Source: Mycobacterium leprae TN | GTDB taxonomy: Bacteria > Actinomycetota > Actinomycetes > Mycobacteriales > Mycobacteriaceae | Reading direction: 5' to 3' | Length of the DNA stretch: 32,000 bases | Assembly (NCBI RefSeq): GCF_000195855.1 | Contig: NC_002677.1 | Location: forward strand, 2,010,001 to 2,042,000 | In this document: piece after piece, positions 10,074 to 21,706 of the stretch | How the letters are laid out: the number at the start of each line of letters is the position of its first letter | Numbering within the stretch: the stretch's first letter is position 1 | Program-made: the position numbers and the translations under genes | The notes under the pieces: model-generated | Seen by the model: only the letters and a program-made list of their open reading frames with translations | The model's database searches: none | What the model was told of the DNA's origin: nothing

Positions 10074-11051
10074 CTAACCTCCAAAGGATTGCCAACCCGC
10101 ATGTCCCCGCCACTCCTGCCCATCGACAAGCACCCTGGCAGGCCCGTCGAATACCCGCCCGATGATGCGCCAGCCAGACAGTGCCGTACCGGCGAAACAG
10201 GCCACCAGGGCGTGGTCTTCACCGCCACCCAGCACCCACGGCCACGGATCACCGCCCACCGCGGTCGCGGCTGCAATCAGCGCGGCGTGGTCTGCAGCCA
10301 GCGCCGCGGTGGATAGGTCAATCGACACCCCGGATGCCCGCGCGACGTGACGCAGGTCGGCGATCAGACCGTCGGAGACGTCGATCATTGCTTGAGCCCC
10401 GCAAGCCGCAGCAGCAACCCCCTTACCATATGGCGGCTCAGGCACCAGATGACGGCGCCGCAGATCATCGAATCCGTCAATCCCTTTATGCCACAGGGCA
10501 TAACCGGCAGCCGAGCGACCCAGGGCGCCAGCGACAGCAACCATGGAGCCGTTTTTAGCCCCAGACCGCAATACTGGTGCGCGGCCGTCAAGATCGCCCA
10601 ACACGGTAACGGAGAGCACCCATTGAGGACAGCTAACTAAATCGCCGCCGACGATGCCGGCACCAATGCGCCCGGCCTCGTCCCACAGCCCATCGACCAA
10701 CGCGTCCACCTGCGCCACCGGCGTATCACCAGGCGCTCCCAAACCCACAACGAATGTGGTGGCCCGCGCCCCCATCGCCTCTATGTCGGCCGCGTTCTGC
10801 GCGATTGCCTTACGGCCGACATCGTGCGGTGTTGACCAGTCCAGCCGGAAATGGCGATCCTGCACCAACACATCTGTTGATACCACGATGCGACCGTCGC
10901 TGGCAGTCACCACCGCTGCATCATCGCCGGGCCCGAGTGCGACCACAGCCGGCTGCCTGCGGCCTCGCACCAGCCGGTCGATTACCGCGAACTCACCGAG
11001 CTGCTCAAGCGTTACAGACTCCCCTAACGCCCCACATTCATGGTTGCACAC
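10074..11051 (-). CDS. thiL: Thiamine-monophosphate kinase
   Basis: From ORF 10074..11198. The family-conserved part begins at LEQLGEFAVIDRL. GTG at 11051 is preceded by GGAGGAAGTGAC (strong Shine-Dalgarno) and gives 325 aa. The longer 374-aa version has a non-conserved Arg/Gly-rich extension. Confidence 0.9.
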   Translation of the reverse strand: MCNHECGALGESVTLEQLGEFAVIDRLVRGRRQPAVVALGPGDDAAVVTASDGRIVVSTDVLVQDRHFRLDWSTPHDVGRKAIAQNAADIEAMGARATTFVVGLGAPGDTPVAQVDALVDGLWDEAGRIGAGIVGGDLVSCPQWVLSVTVLGDLDGRAPVLRSGAKNGSMVAVAGALGRSAAGYALWHKGIDGFDDLRRRHLVPEPPYGKGVAAAACGAQAMIDVSDGLIADLRHVARASGVSIDLSTAALAADHAALIAAATAVGGDPWPWVLGGGEDHALVACFAGTALSGWRIIGRVFDGPARVLVDGQEWRGHAGWQSFGG

Positions 11052-11216
11052 GTCACTTCCTCCGGCGTGTCCCGGACCTCTGAGGCCAGCCGAACGATCG
11101 CCCGAACTGCGATAAGTTAAATCTCTGCCGACCCGCACGAGCGGACCGCCGCCAGTGTAGAGCCGGATGCGTACGGTACACGGCCCGACAATCAGCACAA
11201 CAGGAAGGAATCAGTC

Positions 11217-11810
11217 ATGGAGGTGGCTGGGCAGGTGACGAGCAACTCCGACGCTGGTTCTGCTGTCGACGCAGGCGGGCCACCACGCACCGTGATTATC
11301 GCCGCAGTGGTGCTGACAGCAGCAACGATCGGCACAATCTTGGTCCTCGCAGCAACCCTCCACGAGCCACCACAGCCAGTTGTCATTACTGCCGTCCCAG
11401 CCCCGCAGGCCACCACTGCCGCATGCCGATCGCTGACGCAAGCACTGCCTCAGCGGCTCGGCGACTATGAGCGTGCACCTGTCGCGCAACCAGCGCCCGA
11501 CGCCGTAGCCGCCTGGCGAACCGGCTCAGACACCGAGCCAGTGGTGCTGCGCTGCGGACTCGACGGCCCAGCCGAATTCGTTGTGGGTTCCCCAATCCAA
11601 GCCGTCGATCAAGTGCAGTGGTTTGAGGTGGACGCCAAACCAAAACCCGCCATTGATGCCGGCAGATCCACCTGGTACACAGTAGACCGACCAGTGTATG
11701 TCGCATTGACACTGCCATCTGGATCGGGACCGACACCCATCCAAGAACTCTCCGACGTGATCGACCGGACCTTGGCGGCCATCCCGATCAGCCCGGCTCA
11801 GTCTCACTAG
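11217..11810 (+). CDS. DUF3515-like membrane/secreted protein (Rv2980-like)
   Basis: 197-aa ORF with AGGAAGGAA 6 nt upstream of the ATG. It has a single N-terminal TM segment (VIIAAVVLTAATIGTILVLAA) followed by AACRSL...LRCGL, as in the DUF3515 family. It is divergent from thiL. Confidence 0.7.
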   Translation: MEVAGQVTSNSDAGSAVDAGGPPRTVIIAAVVLTAATIGTILVLAATLHEPPQPVVITAVPAPQATTAACRSLTQALPQRLGDYERAPVAQPAPDAVAAWRTGSDTEPVVLRCGLDGPAEFVVGSPIQAVDQVQWFEVDAKPKPAIDAGRSTWYTVDRPVYVALTLPSGSGPTPIQELSDVIDRTLAAIPISPAQSH

Positions 11811-11818
11811 CGAGCATG

Positions 11819-12973
11819 CTAACGCATACCCACACCCCGAGCCAATGCCGTATCCACCATGGTCGCTAGCAACGTCGGGTAGTCCACGCTACTGACCGCC
11901 CACAGCTTTGGGTACATCGAGGTCATGGTGAACCCCGGCATCGTGTTGATCTCATTGATCACCGGCCCGTCGTCGGTTAGGAAAAAGTCAACTCGTGCCA
12001 GGCCCTGGCAGTCGATAGCCCGAAACGCCTGAATCGCGAGCTGGCGCACCTCGTCAGCAACGTCATCGTCCACCTTGGCGGGCACATCTAACTCGGCTGC
12101 GTCGTCGAGATATTTGGTGGTGAAGTCGTAGAACGAATCCTCGCTTCCGCTCACCCCGGCTACCCGAATTTCCCCCACCGCGCTGGCTGCCACAGTGCCA
12201 TCCGGCATTTCGAGCACGCCGCACTCCAGTTCGCGGCCGTTAACCGCCGCCTCGACAATCACCTTCGGATCGTGCCGGCGAGCGTAGGCAATCGCGGAGG
12301 GCAGTTGACCCCAGCTCGACACCCGGCTGATACCGATAGACGAGCCACCGCGTGCGGGTTTAACGAATACCGGTAAACTCAACCGCTCACACTCCTGCCG
12401 ATGCAGCGTTGGCCGCAACGGACGCAACACCGTGTACGCGCTCAACGGCAGTCCCTCCGCAGCGAAGAGCTTCTTAGTGAATTCCTTGTCCATGCCGGCG
12501 GCGCTGGCCAGAACACCAGCTCCGACGTAGGGCACACGAGCGAGTTCCAGCAGCCCCTGGATGGTGCCGTCCTCGCCATATGGACCATGTAACACCGGGA
12601 ATACCACATCGACCGACGTCAGGACCTCTCCGGCCCCAAGGCCGGCGCCGTGTGAAAGTGACACCAGTTGACCGCTGCGCCGTGGATCGGCCGGCAGCGT
12701 CAACTCGATTCCCGATTCGCAGCTCACAGCGGGAAGCTGTCTATTGGCAATCGCCAGCGCATCCGGGTTGGGATCGGTGAGCATCCACGTCCCTTCCGGA
12801 GTGATACCAACCGCGACCACGTCAAACCGCTGTCGATCCAGATTGCGCAAGATGCTGCCGGCAGACAGACAGGAGACGGCGTGTTCGTTACTGCGCCCGC
12901 CGAATACGACGGCAACGCGCACACGGCCGCCGGATGGCAGCCAAGGCATCAAGGGCCGCTGGTAGACATTCAC
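11819..12973 (-). CDS. ddlA: D-alanine--D-alanine ligase
   Basis: 384-aa ORF (GTG at 12973; an alternative ATG lies at 12949). It shows ATP-grasp Ddl motifs: [41 protein letters not shown]. Confidence 0.95.
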   Translation of the reverse strand: MNVYQRPLMPWLPSGGRVRVAVVFGGRSNEHAVSCLSAGSILRNLDRQRFDVVAVGITPEGTWMLTDPNPDALAIANRQLPAVSCESGIELTLPADPRRSGQLVSLSHGAGLGAGEVLTSVDVVFPVLHGPYGEDGTIQGLLELARVPYVGAGVLASAAGMDKEFTKKLFAAEGLPLSAYTVLRPLRPTLHRQECERLSLPVFVKPARGGSSIGISRVSSWGQLPSAIAYARRHDPKVIVEAAVNGRELECGVLEMPDGTVAASAVGEIRVAGVSGSEDSFYDFTTKYLDDAAELDVPAKVDDDVADEVRQLAIQAFRAIDCQGLARVDFFLTDDGPVINEINTMPGFTMTSMYPKLWAVSSVDYPTLLATMVDTALARGVGMR

Positions 12974-13084
12974 AGCCTAAAGAGGCTACCGGTCAAGCAG
13001 CTCCAAGAGCAGCTAAAACTCTGAACTAGGCCTTCTAGGCTACTCACGGTCCACCTGGGCGGGCCCCGTCACATTCCGGCGTGG

Positions 13085-14134
13085 TTACTCAGACTTAGTA
13101 CTGCGGCCCAACAGCAGAGCCATCGCCTTCTCGACCGAGAGTCCCTTGTGACAAACTCGGTGGACGGCGTCAGTTAGCGGCATCTCGACGTCATAACTGG
13201 ACGCTAGCGCGAGTACCGACGCGCACGACGTCACACCCTCGACGACGTAGCCGTCTCCGCCATCGGAACCATCCATACCGTGCAAGATCGACTGCATGAT
13301 CTCGCCCCGGCCCAAGCGTTCGCCGAGTGACCGGTTACGCGAATGCGGCGATGTGCAGGTGGCCACCAAATCACCTACCCCCGCCAGACCGGCCAACGTA
13401 GTAACCTGGGCGCCTAGCGCCATCCCCAGCCGGATGATCTCCGCCAGGCCCCGAGTAATGATCGTCGCCGCGGTGTTTTCGCCGAACCCGACACCCGCAG
13501 CCATCCCGCACGCCAGCGCTATGACGTTCTTGCATACCCCGCCGATCTCGGTGCCGACGACATCGCTGTTGGTGTACGGCCGAAAGTAGCCACTGCTTAG
13601 CATGCGCTGCAAAGCGACGGCTCGGCCCAAGTCGCTGCACGCGATGACGGTGGCTGCGGGCTGGCATTGAGCAATCTCGCTAGCCAGGTTGGGTCCCGAA
13701 AGCACCGCGACCTGCGCCGGGTCCACGCCAGTTACCGAGACAATGACCTGACTCATCCGCATCAGCGTGCCCAGCTCGATGCCTTTTGCCAGACTCACCA
13801 GGGTCGCGCCGTCGGCCACCAAACCACCCCACCGCTCGAGGTTGGCCCGCATCCGCTGCGCCGGCACCCCCAATAGCACCGTCGACGCACCGCGCAGCGC
13901 ATCTGCTGGATCGGCGGTAGCGCGGATACCTGGCGGAAGCAGTGTTCCCGGTAGATAGGCGCGGTTACATCGGGTGGTATTGATCCGCTCAGCGACATCC
14001 GGTCGCCGAGCCCACAATACGACTCCGGCCTCCGGTCCGCCGGCATCGATAAGCACCTTGGCCAGTGCAGTGCCCCATGCACCAGCGCCCATCACCGCGA
14101 CAGCACTCTCTGAACGGACCACTATGCCGGCCAT
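13085..14134 (-). CDS. gpsA: NAD(P)H-dependent glycerol-3-phosphate dehydrogenase
   Basis: From ORF 13085..14143. The likely start MAGI is at 14134. It has the [10 protein letters not shown] dinucleotide fold, plus GPNLASEIA and KNVIALACG. Confidence 0.95.
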   Translation of the reverse strand: MAGIVVRSESAVAVMGAGAWGTALAKVLIDAGGPEAGVVLWARRPDVAERINTTRCNRAYLPGTLLPPGIRATADPADALRGASTVLLGVPAQRMRANLERWGGLVADGATLVSLAKGIELGTLMRMSQVIVSVTGVDPAQVAVLSGPNLASEIAQCQPAATVIACSDLGRAVALQRMLSSGYFRPYTNSDVVGTEIGGVCKNVIALACGMAAGVGFGENTAATIITRGLAEIIRLGMALGAQVTTLAGLAGVGDLVATCTSPHSRNRSLGERLGRGEIMQSILHGMDGSDGGDGYVVEGVTSCASVLALASSYDVEMPLTDAVHRVCHKGLSVEKAMALLLGRSTKSE

Positions 14135-14432
14135 CTCCACCACCCCCGTAGTTGTTTAAAGCGGCATCTGCAGCAGGTACGGCACAGACCAACACGGGCT
14201 ATCGTCACGCTAGTCACGATCACGCGCTAACGTGGCGCTGGGCTGCGGTCGTTACTCTATCGGTAAGTCGTATCGGTGATACGTGGATCAGGCAGCTTGG
14301 TCGATGTCGGCCTCATATTTCCAGCGGTCAGACTTTAGGTGCGTTATAGCAAATCCGTGAAACTAAGATTTTGCTGGTAGGGGCGTCGCCGATCCCTATG
14401 AAGACCAGCGTCACGCTCCTGTCGATCAACAC

Positions 14433-14454
14433 GGAAGTGTATTGTGACACTTCC
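14433..14454. other. Perfect 8-bp inverted repeat with a 6-nt spacer in the gpsA-fbiD spacer
   Basis: The sequence ggaagtgt-attgtg-acacttcc was read directly. A second hairpin, cccaagt-tag-acttggg, lies at 14553..14569. Confidence 0.5.
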
Positions 14455-14602
14455 TGTTCCAATCGAAGTCTAATATCGAGCTGGCAGATTCGGCCGCCGC
14501 TTCGGGCATACAGTCGGCTGCTGGGTTGGTCGTCGAGACTGCAGTGCCGATACCCAAGTTAGACTTGGGAATCGCCAGTCATACCACGACACAACACTCT
14601 AG

Positions 14603-15331
<729 letters not shown>

Positions 15332-15414
15332 CCCCAACCAGCTACAGGATCCCAAATGGTAAACAGCACACCAACGCGGAATGAATGGCCACAGCGTGAT
15401 AGCAGCACCATCGG

Positions 15415-17634
15415 ATGATGAGCAATGATCTTTTGGTGACCGACATCGAAGCTGAGGCCCGTACCGAAGAGAATATATGGCATTCAGACAACTCCGCCCT
15501 CGCAGCACCGCCCGCGGCGACCACCTCTGCGAGTCAGGACCAGCTGCCCGACGACCGCTACCTCAACCGGGAATCAAGTTGGCTGGATTTCAATGCGCGT
15601 GTGCTCGCACTAGCCGCCGATAACTCGTTGCCTTTGTTGGAGCGAGCCAAGTTTCTGGCTATCTTCGCATCCAATCTCGACGAGTTCTACATGGTTCGAG
15701 TCGCCGGCCTCAAGCGCCGCGACGAGATGGACTTGTCGGTGCGCTCTGCTGACGGTCTCACCCCACGTGAGCAACTGAGCCGCATAGGCGAGCAGACCCA
15801 ATGGATCGCCAGCCGGCACGCGCGGGTGTTCCTCGATTCGGTGTTACCCGCACTCGGTGAGGAGGGTATCTACATTGTCACGTGGACGGATTTAGATCAG
15901 GCCGAACGTGACCAGTTATCGACCTATTTCAACGAGCAGGTCTTCCCCGTCCTGACACCACTGGCTGTCGATCCCGCCCACCCGTTTCCGTTTGTCAGCG
16001 GGTTAAGTCTGAACCTGGCTGTCACCGTCAAGCAACCCGAAGACGGTACCCAGCATTTCGCCCGGGTCAAAGTGCCTAACAACGTCGATCGATTCGTAGA
16101 ACTCGCTAACCGCGGGGCGGTCAGAGATACCTCTGCCGGAGATGAAGGTCAGCTCATTCACCGGTTCCTGCCCATGGAGGAGCTGATCGCGGCATTCCTT
16201 CCGGTGCTCTTCCCTGGCACGGAAATCGTCGAGCATCATGCATTCCGCATTACCCGCAACGCTGACTTCGAGGTTGAAGAAGACCGTGACGAAGACCTAC
16301 TACAGGCGCTGGAACGAGAATTGGCGCGTCGACGGTTCGGTTCGCCGGTGCGACTCGAGATCGCCGACGACATGACCGAGAGCATGCTGGAACTGCTGTT
16401 GCGGGAACTCGACGTGCATCCCAGCGACGTCATCGAAGTGCCCGGGCTGCTTGACCTGTCGTCGTTGTGGCAAATTTACGGGCTGGACCGACCCGCACTC
16501 AAAGACCGCGCATTCATTCCCGACACTCATCCCGCTTTCGCCGAACGGGAAACTCCCAAGAGCATCTTCGCGACGCTGCGCGAAGGCGATGTTCTGGTGC
16601 ACCATCCCTATCACTCGTTTGCCACCAGCGTGCAGAGATTCATTGAACAGGCCACCGCCGACCCCGATGTGCTGGCGATCAAACAAACGCTGTACCGCAC
16701 CTCCGGTGATTCACCGATCGTGCTGGCGCTCATCGAAGCTGCCGAGGCAGGAAAGCAAGTGGTGGCACTGGTCGAAATCAAGGCTCGCTTTGACGAGCAG
16801 GCCAACATCCGGTGGGCGCGCGCGCTGGAACACGCAGGCGTGCATGTGGTGTACGGGATCGTTGGGCTCAAGACACACTGCAAGACCTGCCTCGTGGTGC
16901 GCCGTGAGGGCCCGACGATCCGGCGGTACTGCCATATCGGAACCGGCAACTACAACAGCAAGACCGCTCGACTGTACGAAGATGTCGGTCTGTTGACCGC
17001 AGCACCCGATATCGGCGCCGACTTGACTGACTTGTTCAACTCGCTTACCGGCTACTCGCGTAAGCTGGCTTACCGCAACCTTCTGGTGGCACCGTATGGA
17101 ATTCGCCGAGGCATTATCGAGCGGGTCGAGCGCGAGGTGGCCGCCCATCGCGAATCCGGCCCCCAAACCGGTAAGGGCCTGATCCGACTCAAGATGAACG
17201 CTCTGGTCGACGAACAAGTTATCGATGCGCTGTATCGCGCGTCACAGGCAGGCGTGCGGGTCGAGGTGGTGGTGCGCGGCATCTGCGCACTACGCCCAGG
17301 CACCGAAGGTTTTTCGGAAAACATTTTCGTCCGCTCGATTCTCGGCCGTTTCCTCGAGCATTCACGGATCATCCATTTCCGAGCCATCGATGAGTTCTGG
17401 ATCGGAAGCGCCGACATGATGCACCGCAACCTAGATCGACGAGTCGAGGTGCTGGCGCAAGTTAAAGACTCGAGGCTGACCGCGCAGCTAGATGAGTTGT
17501 TGAAGTCCGCGCTGGACCCGTTCACCCGGTGTTGGGAACTGCGACCCGACGGGCAGTGGACCGCTTCGCCGCAGAAAGGCCAGCAGGTGCGCGACCACCA
17601 AGAATCGTTGATGGAACGGCACCGCAGCCGCTGA
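15415..17634 (+). CDS. ppk1: Polyphosphate kinase 1
   Basis: 739-aa ORF starting MMSND, with [17 protein letters not shown]. It contains the phospho-His region [15 protein letters not shown] and the C-terminal PLD-like domains ([14 protein letters not shown]). Confidence 0.97.
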
Positions 17635-17703
17635 CGCTGTGTGATGATCTTTTCGGCCACATCCACAATGTGTGAGCTACCCTGACTCAATTGACCTGCA
17701 AGG

Positions 17704-18648
17704 ATGTTAATGGTGGCGATCTGGAACTCGTCCTGTCAATGGCCAAAGAGTCAAATCGTGTACGCTGCGGGGGCGGTGTTGTGGCGACCAGGCAATTCCG
17801 ACCCGGCCGTCGAGATTGCCGTGATCCATCGTCCCCGTTACGATGACTGGTCACTGTCCAAGGGCAAAGTTGACCCCGGTGAGACCGCTCCGATGGCGGC
17901 CGTGCGCGAAGTGTTCGAGGAGACAGGCCATCACGCTACCCTTGGCGCGCGGCTCGTCGTGGTGAATTACCCAATCGGTCAACACGTCAAGAAGGTGTAC
18001 TACTGGGCAGCTCGCAGCATTGAGGGACAATTTGTCCCGGGCAGCGAGGTCGACGAGCTGCTCTGGCTGCCGGTTGTCGACGCAATGAAAAAACTTGATT
18101 ACGTGCAGGATCGAAAAGTCCTGCGCCAGTTCGCTAAACAACCAGCTTATACGCGGACCGTGTTGATCGTCCGGCACGGAACCGCCGGCCGGAAGTCACG
18201 CTTATCGGAGGATGACACCAAACGACCTTTGGACAAACAGGGTCGCGCACAAGCGGAGGCATTGATTGGACAGCTGCTGGCTTTTGGTGCCACCGATGTG
18301 TATGCGGCCGACCAGTTACACTGTCATCAGACAGTAGAACCGCTCGCCGCAGAACTAGGTGTGCCGATCCACAACGAGCCCAGTTTGACCAAGGAGGCCT
18401 TCGCCAAAAACCCCAAACGTGGCCTACACCGAGTGTTGCGGATCGCGGCGCAGTCAGGAACACCGGTGATCTGCTTGCAGGGCAAGATAATTCCAGACCT
18501 GATCGCGTGGTGGTGCGAACGCGATGGAGTGCGCCCCAAAAAATCGCACAATTACAAGGGCAGTACTTGGGTGCTGTCACTATTAGCCGGTCAGCTAGTG
18601 GCTGTCGACCACGTCGGCAGCACGCTCGCAGCCAACGTACAGCCCTAA
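17704..18648 (+). CDS. mutT1: Nudix hydrolase fused to a histidine-phosphatase domain (MutT1-like)
   Basis: 314-aa ORF with Nudix box [22 protein letters not shown], followed by the RHG motif (VRHGTAGRK) of the histidine phosphatase superfamily. The exact start is uncertain: 17704 or the ATG 6 nt downstream. Confidence 0.85.
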   Translation: MLMVAIWNSSCQWPKSQIVYAAGAVLWRPGNSDPAVEIAVIHRPRYDDWSLSKGKVDPGETAPMAAVREVFEETGHHATLGARLVVVNYPIGQHVKKVYYWAARSIEGQFVPGSEVDELLWLPVVDAMKKLDYVQDRKVLRQFAKQPAYTRTVLIVRHGTAGRKSRLSEDDTKRPLDKQGRAQAEALIGQLLAFGATDVYAADQLHCHQTVEPLAAELGVPIHNEPSLTKEAFAKNPKRGLHRVLRIAAQSGTPVICLQGKIIPDLIAWWCERDGVRPKKSHNYKGSTWVLSLLAGQLVAVDHVGSTLAANVQP

Positions 18649-18716
18649 CACGCAGATACCCTCCGGGTGAAAGTAACGCCTACCGAAAGGTATCTGCGTT
18701 AGACTGTCTATTTTCT

Positions 18717-19005
18717 TTACTTGCGACCCCGCTTAGCTGCGGTAACCTTCTTGGCAGGAGCCTTCTTCACCGCTGCCTTCTTGGCCAGCGCCCTGGTCGT
18801 GGCCTTGCGTACCGGAGCCTTGGCGGCGACCTTCTTGACCACTTTTGTCGCCTTTTTAGCCGGAACTTTCACGGCCGTGGTGATTTTCTTGGCGGGCGCC
18901 TTCACGGCCTTCTTGGCCGGAGCCTTGGTCGCCGCCTTCTTGGCCAGCGCCTTCTTAACCGGAGCCTTCTTAATCGCTGCCTTCTTGGCAGCGCTGGTCG
19001 CTACA
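18717..19005 (-). repeat. Imperfect short tandem repeats encoding the HupB basic tail
   Basis: Plus-strand units of the type gccttcttggc(c/a)g recur. For example, ccttcttggccagcgcc occurs twice, near 18776 and 18936. Related units lie near 18741, 18908 and 18979. Confidence 0.8.
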
Positions 19006-19319
19006 CCACGCTTGACAGCGGGACCTTCCAACGGGAGACGCTGTGCGCCAGCCACAACCGCTTTAAATTGCGCACCCGGACGAAACGCCGGGACGGACGT
19101 CGGCTTCACCTTCACCGTTTCGCCGGTACGGGGGTTACGAGCCACGCGCGCAGCCCGGCGACGCTGCTCGAACACACCGAACCCGGTAATGGTGACGCTG
19201 TCGCCCTTGTGTACAGCACGCACAATGGTGTCAACGACATTCTCGACGGCAGCGGTCGCCTGCCGACGGTCCGAGCCCAATTTCTGTGTCAGCACGTCAA
19301 TGAGCTCTGCTTTGTTCAT
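18717..19319 (-). CDS. hupB: HU-type nucleoid protein with a histone-H1-like Lys/Ala/Pro tail (Hlp / laminin-binding protein type)
   Basis: 200 aa. The N-terminal HU fold reads [15 protein letters not shown]...[36 protein letters not shown]. The C-terminal ~100 aa consists of AKKA/PAKK repeats. GGAGGA lies 5 nt upstream of the ATG. Confidence 0.97.
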   Translation of the reverse strand: MNKAELIDVLTQKLGSDRRQATAAVENVVDTIVRAVHKGDSVTITGFGVFEQRRRAARVARNPRTGETVKVKPTSVPAFRPGAQFKAVVAGAQRLPLEGPAVKRGVATSAAKKAAIKKAPVKKALAKKAATKAPAKKAVKAPAKKITTAVKVPAKKATKVVKKVAAKAPVRKATTRALAKKAAVKKAPAKKVTAAKRGRK

Positions 19320-19532
19320 CCAAATCCTCCGAAGTCAGTGGTCCTCGTTTTTGAACCGACTAATGGACACGGTAAACCCTCAGCCCATTGATTTCCAAGA
19401 GCCACGCGCAATTTCACCGATCCTGCGGCGGCAATTATCGCAATCAGGTTGCCGCCCTTGACCGGTGGCGGGAACAGAAAATGGGCCTGGCTGTGTTGGT
19501 GAGCAAGCGAAAAATCCTGCCAGTGCGACCCG

Positions 19533-20129
19533 TCAGGTGGTGGGCAGGGTGCGCGGTTTCCACGCAGGACGCGCCGACTCAAACGCCTCGATCTCGTCAA
19601 GTTTCCGCAGATTAAGAGCTATATCGTCGAGTCCTTCGAGCAATCGCCAAGCAGTGTAGTCATCAATCTTGAACGGCAACACCACCGTTGCAGCATTGAT
19701 ATTTCGATCTTGAAGATTGACAGTGATTTCCAACCCCGGCTTCTGCTCGATGAGTTTCCACAGAAATTCGACATCATCTTGGGCTACTTGAGCTGCCAGC
19801 AACCCCGCCTTGCCCGCGTTACCGTGAAAAATATCACCAAATCGAGACGAGATAACCACCCGGAATCCGTAGTCCATGAGCGCCCACACCGCATGCTCAC
19901 GCGACGACCCGATCCCGAAATCAGGACCGACGACCAGGACTGAGCCCCGATCAAAGGGGCTGAGGTTGAGCACGAATGAGGGATCGACCCGCCACGTAGC
20001 GAACAAGCCGTCCTCGAAACCGTTTCGAGTGACACGCTTCAAAAAGACCGCCGGAATGATCTGATCGGTATCGACATTGGACCGCCGCAACGGCACGCCG
20101 ATACCGGTATGGACGCGGAAAGCTTGCAT
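19533..20129 (-). CDS. leuD: 3-isopropylmalate dehydratase small subunit
   Basis: 198-aa ORF ([26 protein letters not shown]...), 42 nt downstream of leuC on the same strand. Confidence 0.97.
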   Translation of the reverse strand: MQAFRVHTGIGVPLRRSNVDTDQIIPAVFLKRVTRNGFEDGLFATWRVDPSFVLNLSPFDRGSVLVVGPDFGIGSSREHAVWALMDYGFRVVISSRFGDIFHGNAGKAGLLAAQVAQDDVEFLWKLIEQKPGLEITVNLQDRNINAATVVLPFKIDDYTAWRLLEGLDDIALNLRKLDEIEAFESARPAWKPRTLPTT

Positions 20130-20171
20130 AATTTATCCTCCACTCCTCTATCTCAGTTCAAGCCGGCCGAG

Positions 20172-21602
20172 TTAGTTCAAATCGGCCGGAGCAGAGAAAG
20201 TGCCGCGAACCGCGGTGGCAGCGGCGACGGCCGGGGATACCAAATGTGTACGGCCACCCTTGCCTTGCCGTCCTTCGAAGTTTCGGTTGGACGTCGCAGC
20301 GCACCGCTCCCCGGGCGCAAGCTGATCGGGGTTCATGCCCAGACACATCGAACAACCCGGCTGCCGCCACTGCGCTCCCGCAGTAATAAAAATCTCACCG
20401 AGCCCCTCGGCTTCAGCCTGCGCACGTACCCGCATCGAGCCGGGGACGATCAGCATCCGCACACCGTCGGCCACCTTGTGGCCACGTAACACATCGGCCA
20501 CCAACCGCAGATCCTCAATGCGGCCGTTGGTACACGACCCAACGAACACCGCATCGACCGCAATATCGCGCATCGGTGTACCTGGGCGAAGGTCCATGTA
20601 CGCCAAAGCTTTCTCGGCGGCTTGTCGGGCAACATCGTCAATCATCAGTTCGGGATCAGGCACAGATGCGGCCAACGGCACTCCTTGACCGGGGTTTGTC
20701 CCCCAGGTGACAAACGGGCTCAACGAGGTCGCATCGAGATAGACCTCGGTGTCGAACACAGCGTCGTCGTCAGTGCGCAGCTGTTGCCAGTAGGCTACTG
20801 CGGCATCCCATTGCTTGCCAGTCGGTGCGTGCGGACGGTCACGTAAGAACTCGTAGGTAGTCTCGTCGGGAGCCACCATTCCTGCTCGAGCACCGGCTTC
20901 GATGCTCATGTTGCAGATCGTCATCCGTCCTTCCATGGACATCGATTCGATGACACTGCCCCGGTATTCGAGTACATAGCCCTGCCCGCCGCCGGTGCCA
21001 ATCTTAGCAATCAACGCAAGGATGATGTCCTTGGCTGTGACGCCGGCGGGCAACCGCCCATCGACAGTGACCGCCATTGTCTTGAATGGGCGCAACGGCA
21101 GCGTTTGGGTAGCGAGTACATGCTCGATCTCCGAGGTGCCGATGCCCATCGCGATTGCACCAAAAGCGCCATGGGTAGAGGTGTGACTGTCGCCGCAAAC
21201 GATCGTCATGCCCGGTTGAGTGAGGCCTAACTGTGGCCCTACGACATGAACGATGCCCTGCTCGATATCGCCCATCGGGTGTAACCGGACACCAAATTCG
21301 GCGCAGTTGCGCCGCAACGTCTCCACTTGAATGCGCGACACCGGGTCAGCGATCGGCTTGTCGATGTCGACGGTGGGCACGTTGTGATCCTCGGTGGCCA
21401 CTGTTAAATCGGGGCGCCGCACCCACCGGCCGGCCAAGCGCAGGCCATCGAAAGCCTGCGGGCTGGTGACCTCGTGCACCAAATGTAGATCGATGTAAAT
21501 CAAATCGGGACCCCGATCTTGATGGTAGCCCTGACCGGCTACCACAACGTGGTCGTCCCAAACCTTTTCGGCCAACGTGCGCGGTTTGCGGGCGCCACCC
21601 AC
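20172..21602 (-). CDS. leuC: 3-isopropylmalate dehydratase large subunit
   Basis: From ORF 20172..21629 (TTG at 21629). I prefer GTG at 21602, which is preceded by GAGAGGAAACAA and gives 476 aa. The alternative is ATG at 21623. It has the aconitase-family Cys ligands ([15 protein letters not shown]). Confidence 0.93.
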   Translation of the reverse strand: MGGARKPRTLAEKVWDDHVVVAGQGYHQDRGPDLIYIDLHLVHEVTSPQAFDGLRLAGRWVRRPDLTVATEDHNVPTVDIDKPIADPVSRIQVETLRRNCAEFGVRLHPMGDIEQGIVHVVGPQLGLTQPGMTIVCGDSHTSTHGAFGAIAMGIGTSEIEHVLATQTLPLRPFKTMAVTVDGRLPAGVTAKDIILALIAKIGTGGGQGYVLEYRGSVIESMSMEGRMTICNMSIEAGARAGMVAPDETTYEFLRDRPHAPTGKQWDAAVAYWQQLRTDDDAVFDTEVYLDATSLSPFVTWGTNPGQGVPLAASVPDPELMIDDVARQAAEKALAYMDLRPGTPMRDIAVDAVFVGSCTNGRIEDLRLVADVLRGHKVADGVRMLIVPGSMRVRAQAEAEGLGEIFITAGAQWRQPGCSMCLGMNPDQLAPGERCAATSNRNFEGRQGKGGRTHLVSPAVAAATAVRGTFSAPADLN

Positions 21603-21661
21603 TTGTTTCCTCTCGTTATCCATCTCCAAGCGCCTCGATTCGCCTCATTTGCGGCTCGCCG

Positions 21662-21701
21662 ATCAATCCATATTGATATCGCAGAATACGAGACTGATAT
21701 C
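21662..21701. promoter_or_regulatory. Candidate operator in the leuC / IclR-pseudogene divergent spacer
   Basis: There is an inverted repeat ATCAAT-ccat-ATTGAT (21662..21677). There are also two TGATATC copies 21 bp apart (21674..21680 and 21695..21701), each containing the GATATC palindrome. Confidence 0.25.
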
Positions 21702-21706
21702 TCTCT

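Noticed and set aside
11052-11198. 49-codon N-terminal extension of thiL (ATG at 11198)
   Set aside because: The sequence is Arg/Gly-rich and not ThiL-like. A GTG with a strong GGAGGA Shine-Dalgarno at 11051 gives the expected length.
18507-19461. Two long plus-strand ORFs (294 aa and 246 aa) antisense to hupB
   Set aside because: They are the mirror image of the AKKA/PAKK repeat tract. Their products are low-complexity Leu/Gly/Arg or Ala/Phe/Leu strings with no start context, while the minus strand encodes a clear HU protein.
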